The position numbers and the translations under genes are program-made. DNA of 64,000 nucleotides. Origin: Bacillota bacterium (GTDB taxonomy: Bacteria > Bacillota > UBA4882 > UBA8346). Shown piece by piece: positions 21,019 to 30,864 of this stretch (the first letter of the stretch is position 1; every line of letters begins with the position of its first letter). Under the pieces are notes generated by a model. It was not told the origin of the DNA. It saw nothing but the letters and a program-made list of their open reading frames with translations, and made no database searches. The stretch is from contig JAEZCE010000046.1 in the NCBI GenBank assembly GCA_023429995.1, forward strand, positions 27,283 to 91,282, written 5' to 3'.

Positions 21019-21651
21019 TCACTGCTCCGTTGAATTCATCCATTGATCAAACGGCAGGCAATTGATAATGATCAATAGGATGAAGTGGATTGCCATAAAA
21101 ACAATTAATTCATTCAAGCTTGGGACATGGCCGATAATGACCTGAATGTGAGGAATTGTGCCCACAGTTTTGGCATAGTCCAAGCGGTTGGTGACAAACC
21201 ACATCAGATCTAAAAATCCGGAAAAAATCAAAATCATACCGTTTAAGCCGGTTTTTAAGCATTTACCCGGAGAGCCGCCCCCCAAACGGTATGCCAAACA
21301 GATGGCCATAATGAATCCGGGATATAAAAAGTTGAATTCCAATGAATAATACGGATCCATTTTTCCCTGACAGGCCAGATAAGTCATTTTTGGAGAAAAA
21401 AAACCCAGATATATTATGAACGGAACCGTTAACAACAGATAACGGGATTTCATTTTATTGGGAAAAAGACTGACGGCTAACAAAAAAATGATGAATAGGA
21501 TGATTTGAATGACATATTGAATCAAGGTGGCTTTTTCCCGGTGGTGGGGAAAAGCCACCCAGCTTAAGAAAAAACCGACGGCGCCGATTGCCAGAAAAAA
21601 CAACCATAAATACTTTGAAAATCCATGTCCATGCTTTAATTGATCCATCAA
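21019..21651 (-). CDS. Integral membrane protein of unknown function (about 6 TM)
   Basis: Hydrophobic 210-aa ORF that starts 4 nt after the carbamoyltransferase stop. No recognisable family. Confidence 0.55.
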   Translation of the reverse strand: MMDQLKHGHGFSKYLWLFFLAIGAVGFFLSWVAFPHHREKATLIQYVIQIILFIIFLLAVSLFPNKMKSRYLLLTVPFIIYLGFFSPKMTYLACQGKMDPYYSLEFNFLYPGFIMAICLAYRLGGGSPGKCLKTGLNGMILIFSGFLDLMWFVTNRLDYAKTVGTIPHIQVIIGHVPSLNELIVFMAIHFILLIIINCLPFDQWMNSTEQ

Positions 21652-21654
21652 TCC

Positions 21655-23376
21655 TTACCCGACTTTCTCTTTTTCAATAATGAAGTTTTCCATCACCAAG
21701 TAATCGATTCCGGTGGACTCAAAACACCTATACGCCTCCCGCGGCGTGCAAACAATCGGTTCACCCATGACATTAAATGACGTATTGACGACTACGGGAA
21801 CCGAGGTGAGTTCCTGGAACTTTTTGATTAATTTCCAGTATCTCGGGCTTTGATGCTTGTTGACGGTTTGAAAACGGGCGGTGCCGTCAACATGGGTTAT
21901 AGCCGGGACGGTTTTCTGCTTGTCCTTTTTTACGTCGACTACAAAAAGCATATAGGGAGAAGGCCGGTCACAATCAAAGTATTCGGAAGCGCACTCTTCA
22001 AGGACGGAAGGCGCAAAAGGCCGGAAGCCTTCACGGTGTTTAACTTTTAAATTGAGGATATCCTGCATATCGGGACGGCGCGGATCCGCCAGAATACTGC
22101 GGGCCCCCAAAGCTCTCGGGCCTAATTCCATCCGCCCCTGAAACCAGCCGATAACATTGCCATCCGCAATTAATTGGGCGGCATTACCCAGTAATTCATC
22201 TTCCCCCTCAAAGTATTGGTATTGAATGCTGTTATTGTCCAGGAAGTTTCGGATCTCTTCATTACCAAATTGAGGGCCTAAATAAGCGGTATTGAATACA
22301 AAATTGCGGGGCTGATTCAAAATTGAATTGTAAATATAATAGGCGCTTCCGATGCAGGTTCCCGCATCATTGGCGGCGGGTTGTACGAAAATGTCTTTAA
22401 ACGGTCCTTCTTTCAGCAATTTCCCATTCATCACCGAGTTCAATGCGGTGCCGCCGGCAATACATAAATAATCCTTCTTGGTTTCCCGGTGGATATATTC
22501 CGCAATATGCATCGCCACATCTTCAAGCCGTTTTTGAAAGGCCCAGGCAAGATTTTGATGTCCCTCGGCGATGGGTTCATCTTTTTGGCGAATGGGACCG
22601 AAAGTTTCAATAAATTTCTGAGATACCCATGGGTCGCGGATTCCTTTGTCGTAATTAAAATAACTCAGGTCAACCGAATATTCCCCACCGGGTTTTAATT
22701 GAATGATTTCTTTGACTACATCATAATAATGATCTTCCATCCCGTAAGATTTTAAGGACATTAATTTATATTCGTCGCTATTGGGTGTAAAGCCAAGATA
22801 ATGAGTGATTGCCACAAATATATAGCCAAGGGAATGCGGAAAATTTATTTCTTTGATGGTTTTGATGGTATTGCCTTCGCCTACGGAAATCGTGGTGCTG
22901 GCGATTTCACCACTGCCATCCATGGTTAAAATGGCGGCTTCCTGAAAGGGCGAAACCAAAAAGGCGCTGGCCGCATGGCATACAGGGTGCTTGACCCGGT
23001 AAAACTTGAAAGGTTTTTGGCGTTCTTGTAACTGGGCGGCGAAATGTTCTTTAAAAAGTTTTTTCGCGTACACCATGTGGATCCATTCGCCGGAATATGT
23101 ATGATAGATGTGGGGCGATTTCGGCAAATTCTTAATTACCTGAGCTATCCGCAGATGGAATTTATGAAACGGTTGCCAGTGAAAACCGACATAATCAACC
23201 TCATTGATGGTAATTCCCGCTTCCTTCAGGCAATACTCGATGGAATACGCGGGGAAATCCCCGGTGTGTTTTTCCCTGGTAAACCTTTCTTCCTGCGCAT
23301 AGGCAACCAGTTGGCCGTCTTTTATCAAACAAGCGGCAGCATTAAAAACATAACAATTATAAGCAAGGATATACAT
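21655..23376 (-). CDS. NodU/CmcH-family carbamoyltransferase
   Basis: N-terminal ASKHA-like region (ILAYNCYVFNAAACLIKDG, EERFTREKH) and C-terminal YrdC-like region (NTSFNVMGEPIV) typical of the Carbam_trans N/C domains. Confidence 0.85.
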   Translation of the reverse strand: MYILAYNCYVFNAAACLIKDGQLVAYAQEERFTREKHTGDFPAYSIEYCLKEAGITINEVDYVGFHWQPFHKFHLRIAQVIKNLPKSPHIYHTYSGEWIHMVYAKKLFKEHFAAQLQERQKPFKFYRVKHPVCHAASAFLVSPFQEAAILTMDGSGEIASTTISVGEGNTIKTIKEINFPHSLGYIFVAITHYLGFTPNSDEYKLMSLKSYGMEDHYYDVVKEIIQLKPGGEYSVDLSYFNYDKGIRDPWVSQKFIETFGPIRQKDEPIAEGHQNLAWAFQKRLEDVAMHIAEYIHRETKKDYLCIAGGTALNSVMNGKLLKEGPFKDIFVQPAANDAGTCIGSAYYIYNSILNQPRNFVFNTAYLGPQFGNEEIRNFLDNNSIQYQYFEGEDELLGNAAQLIADGNVIGWFQGRMELGPRALGARSILADPRRPDMQDILNLKVKHREGFRPFAPSVLEECASEYFDCDRPSPYMLFVVDVKKDKQKTVPAITHVDGTARFQTVNKHQSPRYWKLIKKFQELTSVPVVVNTSFNVMGEPIVCTPREAYRCFESTGIDYLVMENFIIEKEKVG

Positions 23377-23638
23377 GGTAATACCTCCCGAAAATTGTTA
23401 AAAGTCTGAAGTTTAACCAAGTTGTTATTAACTGGGGCAATTCAACGGATGGATTAAATTTCCAATTAATGTTTTTTATTATATACCCAATATTGTATAT
23501 TTTCAAGTGCATTACCAATATATCAAAATTAAATATTAATCAATCCTTTATTAAAATTTTTGAACACCGGCATCTTCAGTATAAAAATGAACCAACATGT
23601 GAAAATTATGGTAAAGCTAATGGCTAAAAGGGAGCGCC

Positions 23639-25222
23639 ATGTTGGGATTTCTTTTAAAAAAATTGCAATTTCTAAAAGAATTGGCTAAGTACAAAGCACA
23701 AGATAATAAACCTGGCGAGGCGCCTGAGAGCGAGCTGAATTCTAGCTTAAACCGTAATTTAAACCGGATTTCTCAAAAATTGGGGGACAGTCCGGATATT
23801 GTCAACCGGCAGTTTATGATCGGCCATTCTCCTCCCCGGATAGCCGTTATTTTATATATCGACGGTTTAGCGGATCAAAAAATTATTAACGAAAGTATCT
23901 TAAGACCCCTTTTAAATATCGATGAAGTTTCCTCGGCCTTCACTCCAGAAGTGCTGGAACAATATTTATTAACGGTTGGGGGAATCAAGCAAGTCAAAAA
24001 TTTGGCGGGTCTGGTGGAAGGTATTTTGACCGGAGATACCGCTTTACTATTGGATGGATCGTCTACCGGACTATTATTAAGTTCTAAGGGTTGGGAAAAA
24101 CGGAGTATCAGCGAACCGGATACGGAAACCATTGTCAAAGGACCCCGGGATGGCTTTACCGAGGACCTGCGGACCAATACGGCGTTATTGCGGCGGCGAA
24201 TCGAACATCCTTCCTTGAGATTTGATGCCATTAAGATTGGTAAAAAAACGCGGACCGATATCAATATCGCCTATATTCAAGGTGTAGCCAACCCCGATTT
24301 AGTCAATGAGGTTAAGCGGCGGATTCAACGGATTCATACGGATGGGATATTGGCTGCCGGATTTATAGAACAATTCATTGAAGATGCGCCATTTTCTCTT
24401 TTTCCAACCGTAGGTTATACCGAGCGGCCCGATGTATGTTGCGCAAAACTGATGGAGGGACGGGTAGCCATTCTCATCGACGGGACTCCGGTAGTCAATA
24501 CGGTGCCATTTATGTTTGTTGAAAGTTTTCAGAGTCCGGATGATTACAATTTTCGGCCGTTTTATATGACCTTGGTACGCTGGTTCCGGTATGTGGCCTT
24601 TGCCATTAGCATCTTGCTGCCTCCGATATATGTCGCCATATCCAGCTATCATCAGGAATTGATTCCGACCTCCCTGCTGATCTCGATGGCGGCGGCCACA
24701 GAAGGGACACCGTTCCCGGCATTGGTTGAGGCGATCGGCATGGGGTTTATTTTTGAAATCCTGCGGGAAGCCGGTATTCGGATCCCCCGTCCTTACGGGC
24801 AGGCGGTTTCGATTGTCGGAGCCTTAGTTATCGGAGACGCTACGGTATCAGCCGGATTGGTAGGCGCTCCCCTGGTTATCGTGGTTGCATTTACCGCCAT
24901 CGCATCATTTCTCGTACCGACCCTGGCGGACCTTGCCGCAATACTCCGGGTGATTTTAACTATTTTAGCCGGCATACTGGGCGCTTTCGGCCTTAACGGC
25001 GGATTAATCGTGATCTATGTTCATCTTGCTTCCCTACGCTCTTTTGGGGTCCCCTATCTATCGCCTTTGGCGCCGTTGATGCCGGATGATCTGAAGGATG
25101 TCGCAGTTCGGGCTCCTCTATGGGCCATGTTTACTCGCCCGAAAGCCCTTGATTCAGAAGACGCAATTCGGCAGGAATTCAGGTTGCTCCCTCATCCGCC
25201 GGAAAATGAGGAAGAAGCATAG
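23639..25222 (+). CDS. Spore germinant receptor A subunit (GerA/GerKA family)
   Basis: GerA-family core (RSISEPDTETIVKGPRDGFTE, LLRRRI) followed by C-terminal TM segments. Confidence 0.9.
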   Translation: MLGFLLKKLQFLKELAKYKAQDNKPGEAPESELNSSLNRNLNRISQKLGDSPDIVNRQFMIGHSPPRIAVILYIDGLADQKIINESILRPLLNIDEVSSAFTPEVLEQYLLTVGGIKQVKNLAGLVEGILTGDTALLLDGSSTGLLLSSKGWEKRSISEPDTETIVKGPRDGFTEDLRTNTALLRRRIEHPSLRFDAIKIGKKTRTDINIAYIQGVANPDLVNEVKRRIQRIHTDGILAAGFIEQFIEDAPFSLFPTVGYTERPDVCCAKLMEGRVAILIDGTPVVNTVPFMFVESFQSPDDYNFRPFYMTLVRWFRYVAFAISILLPPIYVAISSYHQELIPTSLLISMAAATEGTPFPALVEAIGMGFIFEILREAGIRIPRPYGQAVSIVGALVIGDATVSAGLVGAPLVIVVAFTAIASFLVPTLADLAAILRVILTILAGILGAFGLNGGLIVIYVHLASLRSFGVPYLSPLAPLMPDDLKDVAVRAPLWAMFTRPKALDSEDAIRQEFRLLPHPPENEEEA

Positions 25223-25240
25223 TCGCCTCAGGGAGGGTCA

Positions 25241-26404
25241 ATGACAAAATTTAAATTATTAAGCATCTCGCTGCTCATTGGTTTATTACTGGGAGGTTGT
25301 TGGGACCGGAGAGAACTGAATGATATCGCGATTACAATGGGTGTGGGAGTAGATTATGATCCGGCGGTAAAAAACGTTCACCTTAGCATGCAAATCATTA
25401 AACCCGATCAAATGAAAGGGCCGGGAGGAGGAAACGGTGGCAAAGGAGGCGGCGGTGGCCAGCAAGCTTCATTTTTACTGGAAAGTCAGGGACGTACTGT
25501 ATTTGAGGCAATCCGACAGGCTAATTTTAAGTCGACCCATAAAATAAACTGGACTCATAGCATGGTGATTATTTTAGGAAAGAGCGCGGTTGATAACGGG
25601 GTGAGTCCTTTTTTAGACTTGTTTATCCGCGATCCGGAACCCCGCCCCACCCAATGGATTTTGGTGACTGAAACAGAGTCTAAGACGATTTTAGAGGCTA
25701 CTTCTCCACTGGAAAAAGTTTCGGCCATGAGCATTGACAACATAATAAAAAATACCGTGAATACCTCCAAGGCGGTAGCCGTTGATTTGCACTCGTTTAT
25801 CGAAAAATTAATCAGCAAAACAACCTCGGCCGTGGCCCCGATTATTAAAACCAGTTCCGAAGAACCCAAGGAGTTAATCTTGGACGGGACGGCTGTTTTT
25901 AAAAAAGATAAGATGGTCGGAAAGCTTAATCCCAGTGAAACACGGGGACTGTTGTGGGTAACCGGTCAAGTAAAAGGCGGCGTGATCTCATTTGAGGCCA
26001 AGAGAGAAGAACCGGTTACCTTAGAAATTATCCAAGCTTCCGGCTCATTTAAGCCTCAATTGAACAAAGGCCAACCGTTGATCCATCTTCGAATTAAGGT
26101 GGTATGCAATTTAGGAGAACAGGAAACAAAAGAAGATATGTCCGACCCGGAAAAACTAGATTATTTAGCCAAAAAAGCAGCAAAAGTAATCCAGGCCGAA
26201 ATAACGGCTACAGTTAAGAAAACGCAACAATTACGGGCTGACGTGTTCGGCTTTGGTCAGGCGATTTATGTAAAATATCCAAAACAATGGCAGCCGATGG
26301 AATCCCGGTGGGACGAGTTGTTTCCCCAAGTAAAGATGGACGTCAAAGTGGATATCGCCATTAAACAAGTGGGAGAAACCACAAAATCGTTGCGGTCCAT
26401 ATAA
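25241..26404 (+). CDS. Spore germinant receptor C subunit (Ger(x)C lipoprotein)
   Basis: Lipobox LLGGCWD followed by RRELNDIAI, typical of the GerAC family. Confidence 0.85.
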   Translation: MTKFKLLSISLLIGLLLGGCWDRRELNDIAITMGVGVDYDPAVKNVHLSMQIIKPDQMKGPGGGNGGKGGGGGQQASFLLESQGRTVFEAIRQANFKSTHKINWTHSMVIILGKSAVDNGVSPFLDLFIRDPEPRPTQWILVTETESKTILEATSPLEKVSAMSIDNIIKNTVNTSKAVAVDLHSFIEKLISKTTSAVAPIIKTSSEEPKELILDGTAVFKKDKMVGKLNPSETRGLLWVTGQVKGGVISFEAKREEPVTLEIIQASGSFKPQLNKGQPLIHLRIKVVCNLGEQETKEDMSDPEKLDYLAKKAAKVIQAEITATVKKTQQLRADVFGFGQAIYVKYPKQWQPMESRWDELFPQVKMDVKVDIAIKQVGETTKSLRSI

Positions 26405-26413
26405 GGAGGAACC

Positions 26414-27523
26414 GTGGGAAAGAGTGAACAACTTCAGCTTGAAAGAGGGAAAATCTCCGGCCCGGAATTGACCTTTTTATTAGCCGGGTTTCTGTTTGGC
26501 TCCTCCGTGCTGATTACGCCCGCTGGGGCCGGAGAACATCAGGCTTGGCTGGCAATTTTGCTGGGGATGGGAGAAGGGCTGGCCTTTGCCGCAATTTATC
26601 TTTTCGTGTTACGAAAATTCCCCGGTAAAACCCTGGTTGAGATTTGTGAGGCGGTTTTCGGCAAGCTTATTGGAAAAACCACAGCTATCATTTTTCTGAT
26701 GTACCTGTTTTATCTTGCGGCGACCGTTGTTACTAATTTTCACGATTTCATTAAAATGTCTATTTTAGTGAACACGCCTTCCTTTATTTTGGTTTTAGTC
26801 GGATTGGGGTATTGCAGTTATGGAGCAAAAAACGGAATTGAAGTGTTGGCTCGGGTGGCTCAGGGAATGGTGATTTTAACCATTGGCCTATTTTTGCTTA
26901 CGCTGGTTTTGATAATAACCAAAATCAAGTTCACCAATTTTTTGCCCCTGTTCGTAATACCGGCTTCCAAGATGCTTTGGGGAATTCATCAGGCAGCCAC
27001 GTTTCCTTTCGGGGAATCAGTCGCCTTTATGATGATTATTCCATTCCTCAACAAGCAGAAAGATGCTATGAAGTCGGTGTTTAAAGGTTTTATAATGGCT
27101 TGCCTCATTTTTTTGCTCATTGCGTTACGTATGACCGGGGTTTTAGGAGAAACGGCCAAGTTAGTCATATACCCTTCATACTATGTTACCCGCTTGATCA
27201 ATGTGGCGGATGTTTTTACACGCTTGGAAATCATTACTGCGACCAACTTTTTAGTGACGGGTTTCATTAAAATCGCCGTTTTGTTATATGCCACATCCTT
27301 AGGAGTCGCTCAGGTGTTTGAATTGAAGGATTATAAAATATTGGTATTGCCGTTTGGCCTTTTAGCCGGTTTGATCGGCATCACCAATTTTTCAAGTGTT
27401 ACGGAAAATATCAAATTCGCCAGTGAAGTTTATCCGCTTTTTGCGCTCCCGTTTCAAGTGGGTATCCCTTTATTCATATTGATCGTATCTATCATCCGAA
27501 AACTACCCAAAAAAGGAAAATGA
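26414..27523 (+). CDS. Spore germinant receptor B subunit (GerAB/APC-type permease)
   Basis: GTG start with AAGGAGG upstream. 10-TM permease with a GerAB-like N-terminus (ISGPELTFLLAGFLFGSSVL). Confidence 0.85.
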   Translation: MGKSEQLQLERGKISGPELTFLLAGFLFGSSVLITPAGAGEHQAWLAILLGMGEGLAFAAIYLFVLRKFPGKTLVEICEAVFGKLIGKTTAIIFLMYLFYLAATVVTNFHDFIKMSILVNTPSFILVLVGLGYCSYGAKNGIEVLARVAQGMVILTIGLFLLTLVLIITKIKFTNFLPLFVIPASKMLWGIHQAATFPFGESVAFMMIIPFLNKQKDAMKSVFKGFIMACLIFLLIALRMTGVLGETAKLVIYPSYYVTRLINVADVFTRLEIITATNFLVTGFIKIAVLLYATSLGVAQVFELKDYKILVLPFGLLAGLIGITNFSSVTENIKFASEVYPLFALPFQVGIPLFILIVSIIRKLPKKGK

Positions 27524-27748
27524 ATGGTCATTATGGTAACTTTGATTTTATACACCCTGATGGTGGCGCCCAAAATGGTTTCGGATAAAAGATGGAAAGA
27601 TTTAACGGTTTTTCTCTTGATCACGATGGCCGGGATAACTACCGCCGGGTTAATCGCTCTCGGGGTAGATTTGCCAAGAGTCGGGTCATTCCTCACCTCA
27701 ATTTTTGAAGGGGTCTATCATCAATTGGGACTTAAAATACCGGGCTAA
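27524..27748 (+). CDS. Small two-TM membrane protein, candidate germinant-receptor D subunit
   Basis: 74 aa with two hydrophobic helices. The ATG directly follows the gerB-type TGA. Size, topology and position match the small D genes described next to Bacillus GR operons. Confidence 0.5.
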   Translation: MVIMVTLILYTLMVAPKMVSDKRWKDLTVFLLITMAGITTAGLIALGVDLPRVGSFLTSIFEGVYHQLGLKIPG

Positions 27749-27885
27749 AAAGTATAGGATTGAGGCAGGGGGCCGATGGTTTGGGTATTTAGCCTTGAAT
27801 GTCAATCCGGAATACCGTCACCGGAATTTGGAACCCATCGGAATAATATTCCTTTGGACGGTAACTTTCAGCTAGCCCAACCTTT

Positions 27886-29220
27886 TCACTGGTTCTTTCC
27901 ATCTCTCCCAACAGCCAAATCCAATTTTGCTTCTGCCGTCAGGTAAAGCGCGATTCCCCGGTAATATCCATTTAAAGCTTGATCCAGCGCTAATTGCGAG
28001 TCCATGATATCCATGGTGGTAGCCATTCCTTCCAGGAACCGCGCTTGAGTCAATCCCAAGCTTTCCTTGGCCATATCAATATTCGACTGATTGGCGCGGA
28101 TGACTTCCAAACTTTCCTGGATATTCTGCACCGATTGCTCCACATCCAACCGGATTTGATCCCGCAGGCCGGACTCCTTAATAACGGTTAGCTGCACATT
28201 TTCTTTAGCCCCGGTTACTTTCGCCGCTGTGGAAAAACCGTCGAAAATATTCCCGGCAATATTAAAGGTAAGCGTCCAATATTTACTCTCATTCCAGCTG
28301 CTTATATCATGATCCAGACTCTGTTCCTGATATTTGGCAACCAGAGAAACATTGGGTTTAAAACCGGCTTCCGCCAATTTCAGTTGATACCGGCTGATTT
28401 CTCCGGTCAGCTTGATTTGGTGCATTTCCGGCCTGTCTTGACAGGCCGCCTCTAAAACTTGTTCCAATTCCGCGGAAAATTTTTTGGGAAGATCTATTTT
28501 ATCCCCGTCATAGTCTACGGCAATCAACTGCTCTTTCGGAATTCCCGTTAAGATTGCCATGTTCAGTACAGCAAGCTTAAGGCCATTTTCAGCGGTAATC
28601 ACTTGCGGCTTTAACGAATCCCGCTGTACTTCGGCGCGTAACAAATCAAACTTCGAGACAGTCCCTTCCTGATAATAACTTTCGACTTGTGCGACATGAT
28701 GGCACAAGTTATCAAAAGAAGCCTGGGCTACCTTAAGAATGCATTCCGCCAGCCAAACCTGGTAAAAGACCTGTTTTACCTGAAAAGTCAATTGTTGTTT
28801 GGCTTTCCGCTCATTTTCGAGGGCCATAACATATTGGCCTTTCGCTAATTTAAGTCCGTTGCTTAATTTTCCTCCCAAATAAAGCGGTTGGGTAAGGGAA
28901 ACGTTTACCCCCGAACATTCCGTGGAAAGGTTATACGGTGTTACGGTATACGGATAAATCGCTTCTTCCGCTTTCATGGCGACGATTGAGTAGTCAAGTT
29001 TGGGCCAAAAACCTCCTTCCGCTTCCTTAACCCCAGCCTGAGCTATAGCAACATTTTTAGCGGCAGCTTGAATTAGCCGGCTATTTTTGAAAGCTAAATC
29101 CAAACATTGGGTCAAGGATAATACTTCTTGATTTCCAACCGGGGAGTTATCGGCAATTGCCATTTCCGGTATAATGAATAACAAGATTATCCCCATCATG
29201 AGCCTAACTTTTTTAGGCAT
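27886..29220 (-). CDS. TolC-family outer-membrane efflux protein
   Basis: Signal peptide followed by two OEP repeats with long coiled-coil segments (LSLTQCLDLAFKNSRLIQAA..., ...LGLTQARFLEG...). Confidence 0.8.
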   Translation of the reverse strand: MPKKVRLMMGIILLFIIPEMAIADNSPVGNQEVLSLTQCLDLAFKNSRLIQAAAKNVAIAQAGVKEAEGGFWPKLDYSIVAMKAEEAIYPYTVTPYNLSTECSGVNVSLTQPLYLGGKLSNGLKLAKGQYVMALENERKAKQQLTFQVKQVFYQVWLAECILKVAQASFDNLCHHVAQVESYYQEGTVSKFDLLRAEVQRDSLKPQVITAENGLKLAVLNMAILTGIPKEQLIAVDYDGDKIDLPKKFSAELEQVLEAACQDRPEMHQIKLTGEISRYQLKLAEAGFKPNVSLVAKYQEQSLDHDISSWNESKYWTLTFNIAGNIFDGFSTAAKVTGAKENVQLTVIKESGLRDQIRLDVEQSVQNIQESLEVIRANQSNIDMAKESLGLTQARFLEGMATTMDIMDSQLALDQALNGYYRGIALYLTAEAKLDLAVGRDGKNQ

Positions 29221-29290
29221 TTTCGAACCCCCTCTGAAATAATAGATGACCGTTGCGGTAATTTCCTTTTTAATCGTGAGATATGTAAGG

Positions 29291-30850
29291 TTATTCCGTG
29301 GTTATTGCAGCCGCGGATTTATTTTCTCCCTTTTTCCCGCCCGGCATCAACAAGACCGCCACAAACGCCGCCAACACCGTTATGGTGCATACCATAAGCG
29401 CATAATCGATGGCATCAACATTGGCCTGTTTCTGAACAAATCCGGTAAGCGCCGACATGGTCACGGCGCCTGCTTGGTCGGCGGAATAACCGTTTTGTAC
29501 AAATAGCCCCTGAAACTTAGCAATCATTTCACTTGCCGCCGGATTAAAACCCGTCACCTGCTCCGAAAGTCTTCCATAATTAAAATTGGTCCTGTTTTGC
29601 ATAATGGTGGTTATAATGGTGACCCCGAGCGACATGGCAATTTGCTTAATCATATTGTTGAATGCCGATGCTTTTCCGGCCAACTCGTTGGAGACGGCAT
29701 TCATCCCGATTGTGACAATGGGCATCATGACGATTCCAAGTCCAGCACCGCGTATCGTCATAATTAAAATTATAGTCGATTTACTGGTATCCATATTAAT
29801 AAAGGCTAATGCGTACGAGCTGATGGCCAAAATAACAAGCCCGGCAATTGATAAAACTTTGGCGCCCACTTTGTAGAATAACTTGCCGCTAACCGGCATC
29901 ATGAACGCTTGGGCCATCGCCGGCCAAAATAATATCAGCCCGGTCTCCAAAGACGTATAGCCTCTTAAATTTTGCAAGAACAAAGGCACGACATACATTC
30001 CGCCCATCAATACAAAAACCAAAATGCATTGCACAATTTGACTGATGCTGAATTCAAATTTTTTTAATATCCGCAATTCAAGGATGGGGTCTGGATGGCT
30101 TAATTCATGGACTGTAAATAGTACCAAGCTGAAACATCCGAGAGTAATTAAAAGGGGATTTTCTACTTTGTTCCAATCGATAGTGGAGCCTTCGCCCAAA
30201 ACGTACAGCAAACTAACAATACCTACAGTCGAAGATATGAAACCAATAAAATCAAGTCCCGTAAACACTTTCTTCGGAGTCTCCCGCAGCCAAAACCCCC
30301 CCAAAATAATCGCTATGATTCCGATCGGAATATTAATATAGAAAATAAGCCTCCAGTCCATACATTGAATAATATACCCTCCCAGCGTAGGTCCGATAGC
30401 GGGAGCAGCCATAGCTGCAACACCATAGAATCCAACAGCGGTGCCGCGTTCTTCCGGGGGAAATAACTGCATCACCAGGGCCATACCCACAGGCATAATC
30501 ATGCCGCCGCCTAAAGCTTGAATAATCCGAAATATAATCATCGCCGTGTTGCTCCAGGCTAAACCGCATAAAAATGACCCCACTGTAAATATGGCCAAAG
30601 AACCCAAAAAAAGTTTTTTATATCCTACCAAGTCACCGATATAGCCCGCCAACGGAACAATTGCCCCTAAAGTAAGCGTATAGGCGGTTAATACCCATTT
30701 GACATCATCCAACGACACCCCATATACTGCCATCATTTTGGAAATGGCGATATTGACAATACTTGTATCCAGTGTCGACATAAACGTTCCAATGATAATG
30801 ACCAATAACGCCAGCCATTTGGAAGAAACATTTTTCCTGGTATCCTCCAT
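29291..30850 (-). CDS. MFS drug:H+ antiporter, DHA2 (EmrB/QacA, 14-TM) family
   Basis: 519 aa. GTFMSTLDTSIVNIA and the motif-C-like GPTLGG are typical of EmrB/QacA transporters. Confidence 0.9.
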   Translation of the reverse strand: MEDTRKNVSSKWLALLVIIIGTFMSTLDTSIVNIAISKMMAVYGVSLDDVKWVLTAYTLTLGAIVPLAGYIGDLVGYKKLFLGSLAIFTVGSFLCGLAWSNTAMIIFRIIQALGGGMIMPVGMALVMQLFPPEERGTAVGFYGVAAMAAPAIGPTLGGYIIQCMDWRLIFYINIPIGIIAIILGGFWLRETPKKVFTGLDFIGFISSTVGIVSLLYVLGEGSTIDWNKVENPLLITLGCFSLVLFTVHELSHPDPILELRILKKFEFSISQIVQCILVFVLMGGMYVVPLFLQNLRGYTSLETGLILFWPAMAQAFMMPVSGKLFYKVGAKVLSIAGLVILAISSYALAFINMDTSKSTIILIMTIRGAGLGIVMMPIVTIGMNAVSNELAGKASAFNNMIKQIAMSLGVTIITTIMQNRTNFNYGRLSEQVTGFNPAASEMIAKFQGLFVQNGYSADQAGAVTMSALTGFVQKQANVDAIDYALMVCTITVLAAFVAVLLMPGGKKGENKSAAAITTE

Positions 30851-30864
30851 TCCGATACCCCCTG

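Noticed and set aside
23377-23638. Forespore (sigma-G/F) promoter for the ger operon, or mother-cell (sigma-E/K) promoter for the divergent glycan operon.
   Set aside because: Several A/T-rich near-matches exist, for example TGAACA...TAAAAAT at about 23570-23598. None has convincing spacing and sequence for a confident call without a position-weight-matrix scan.
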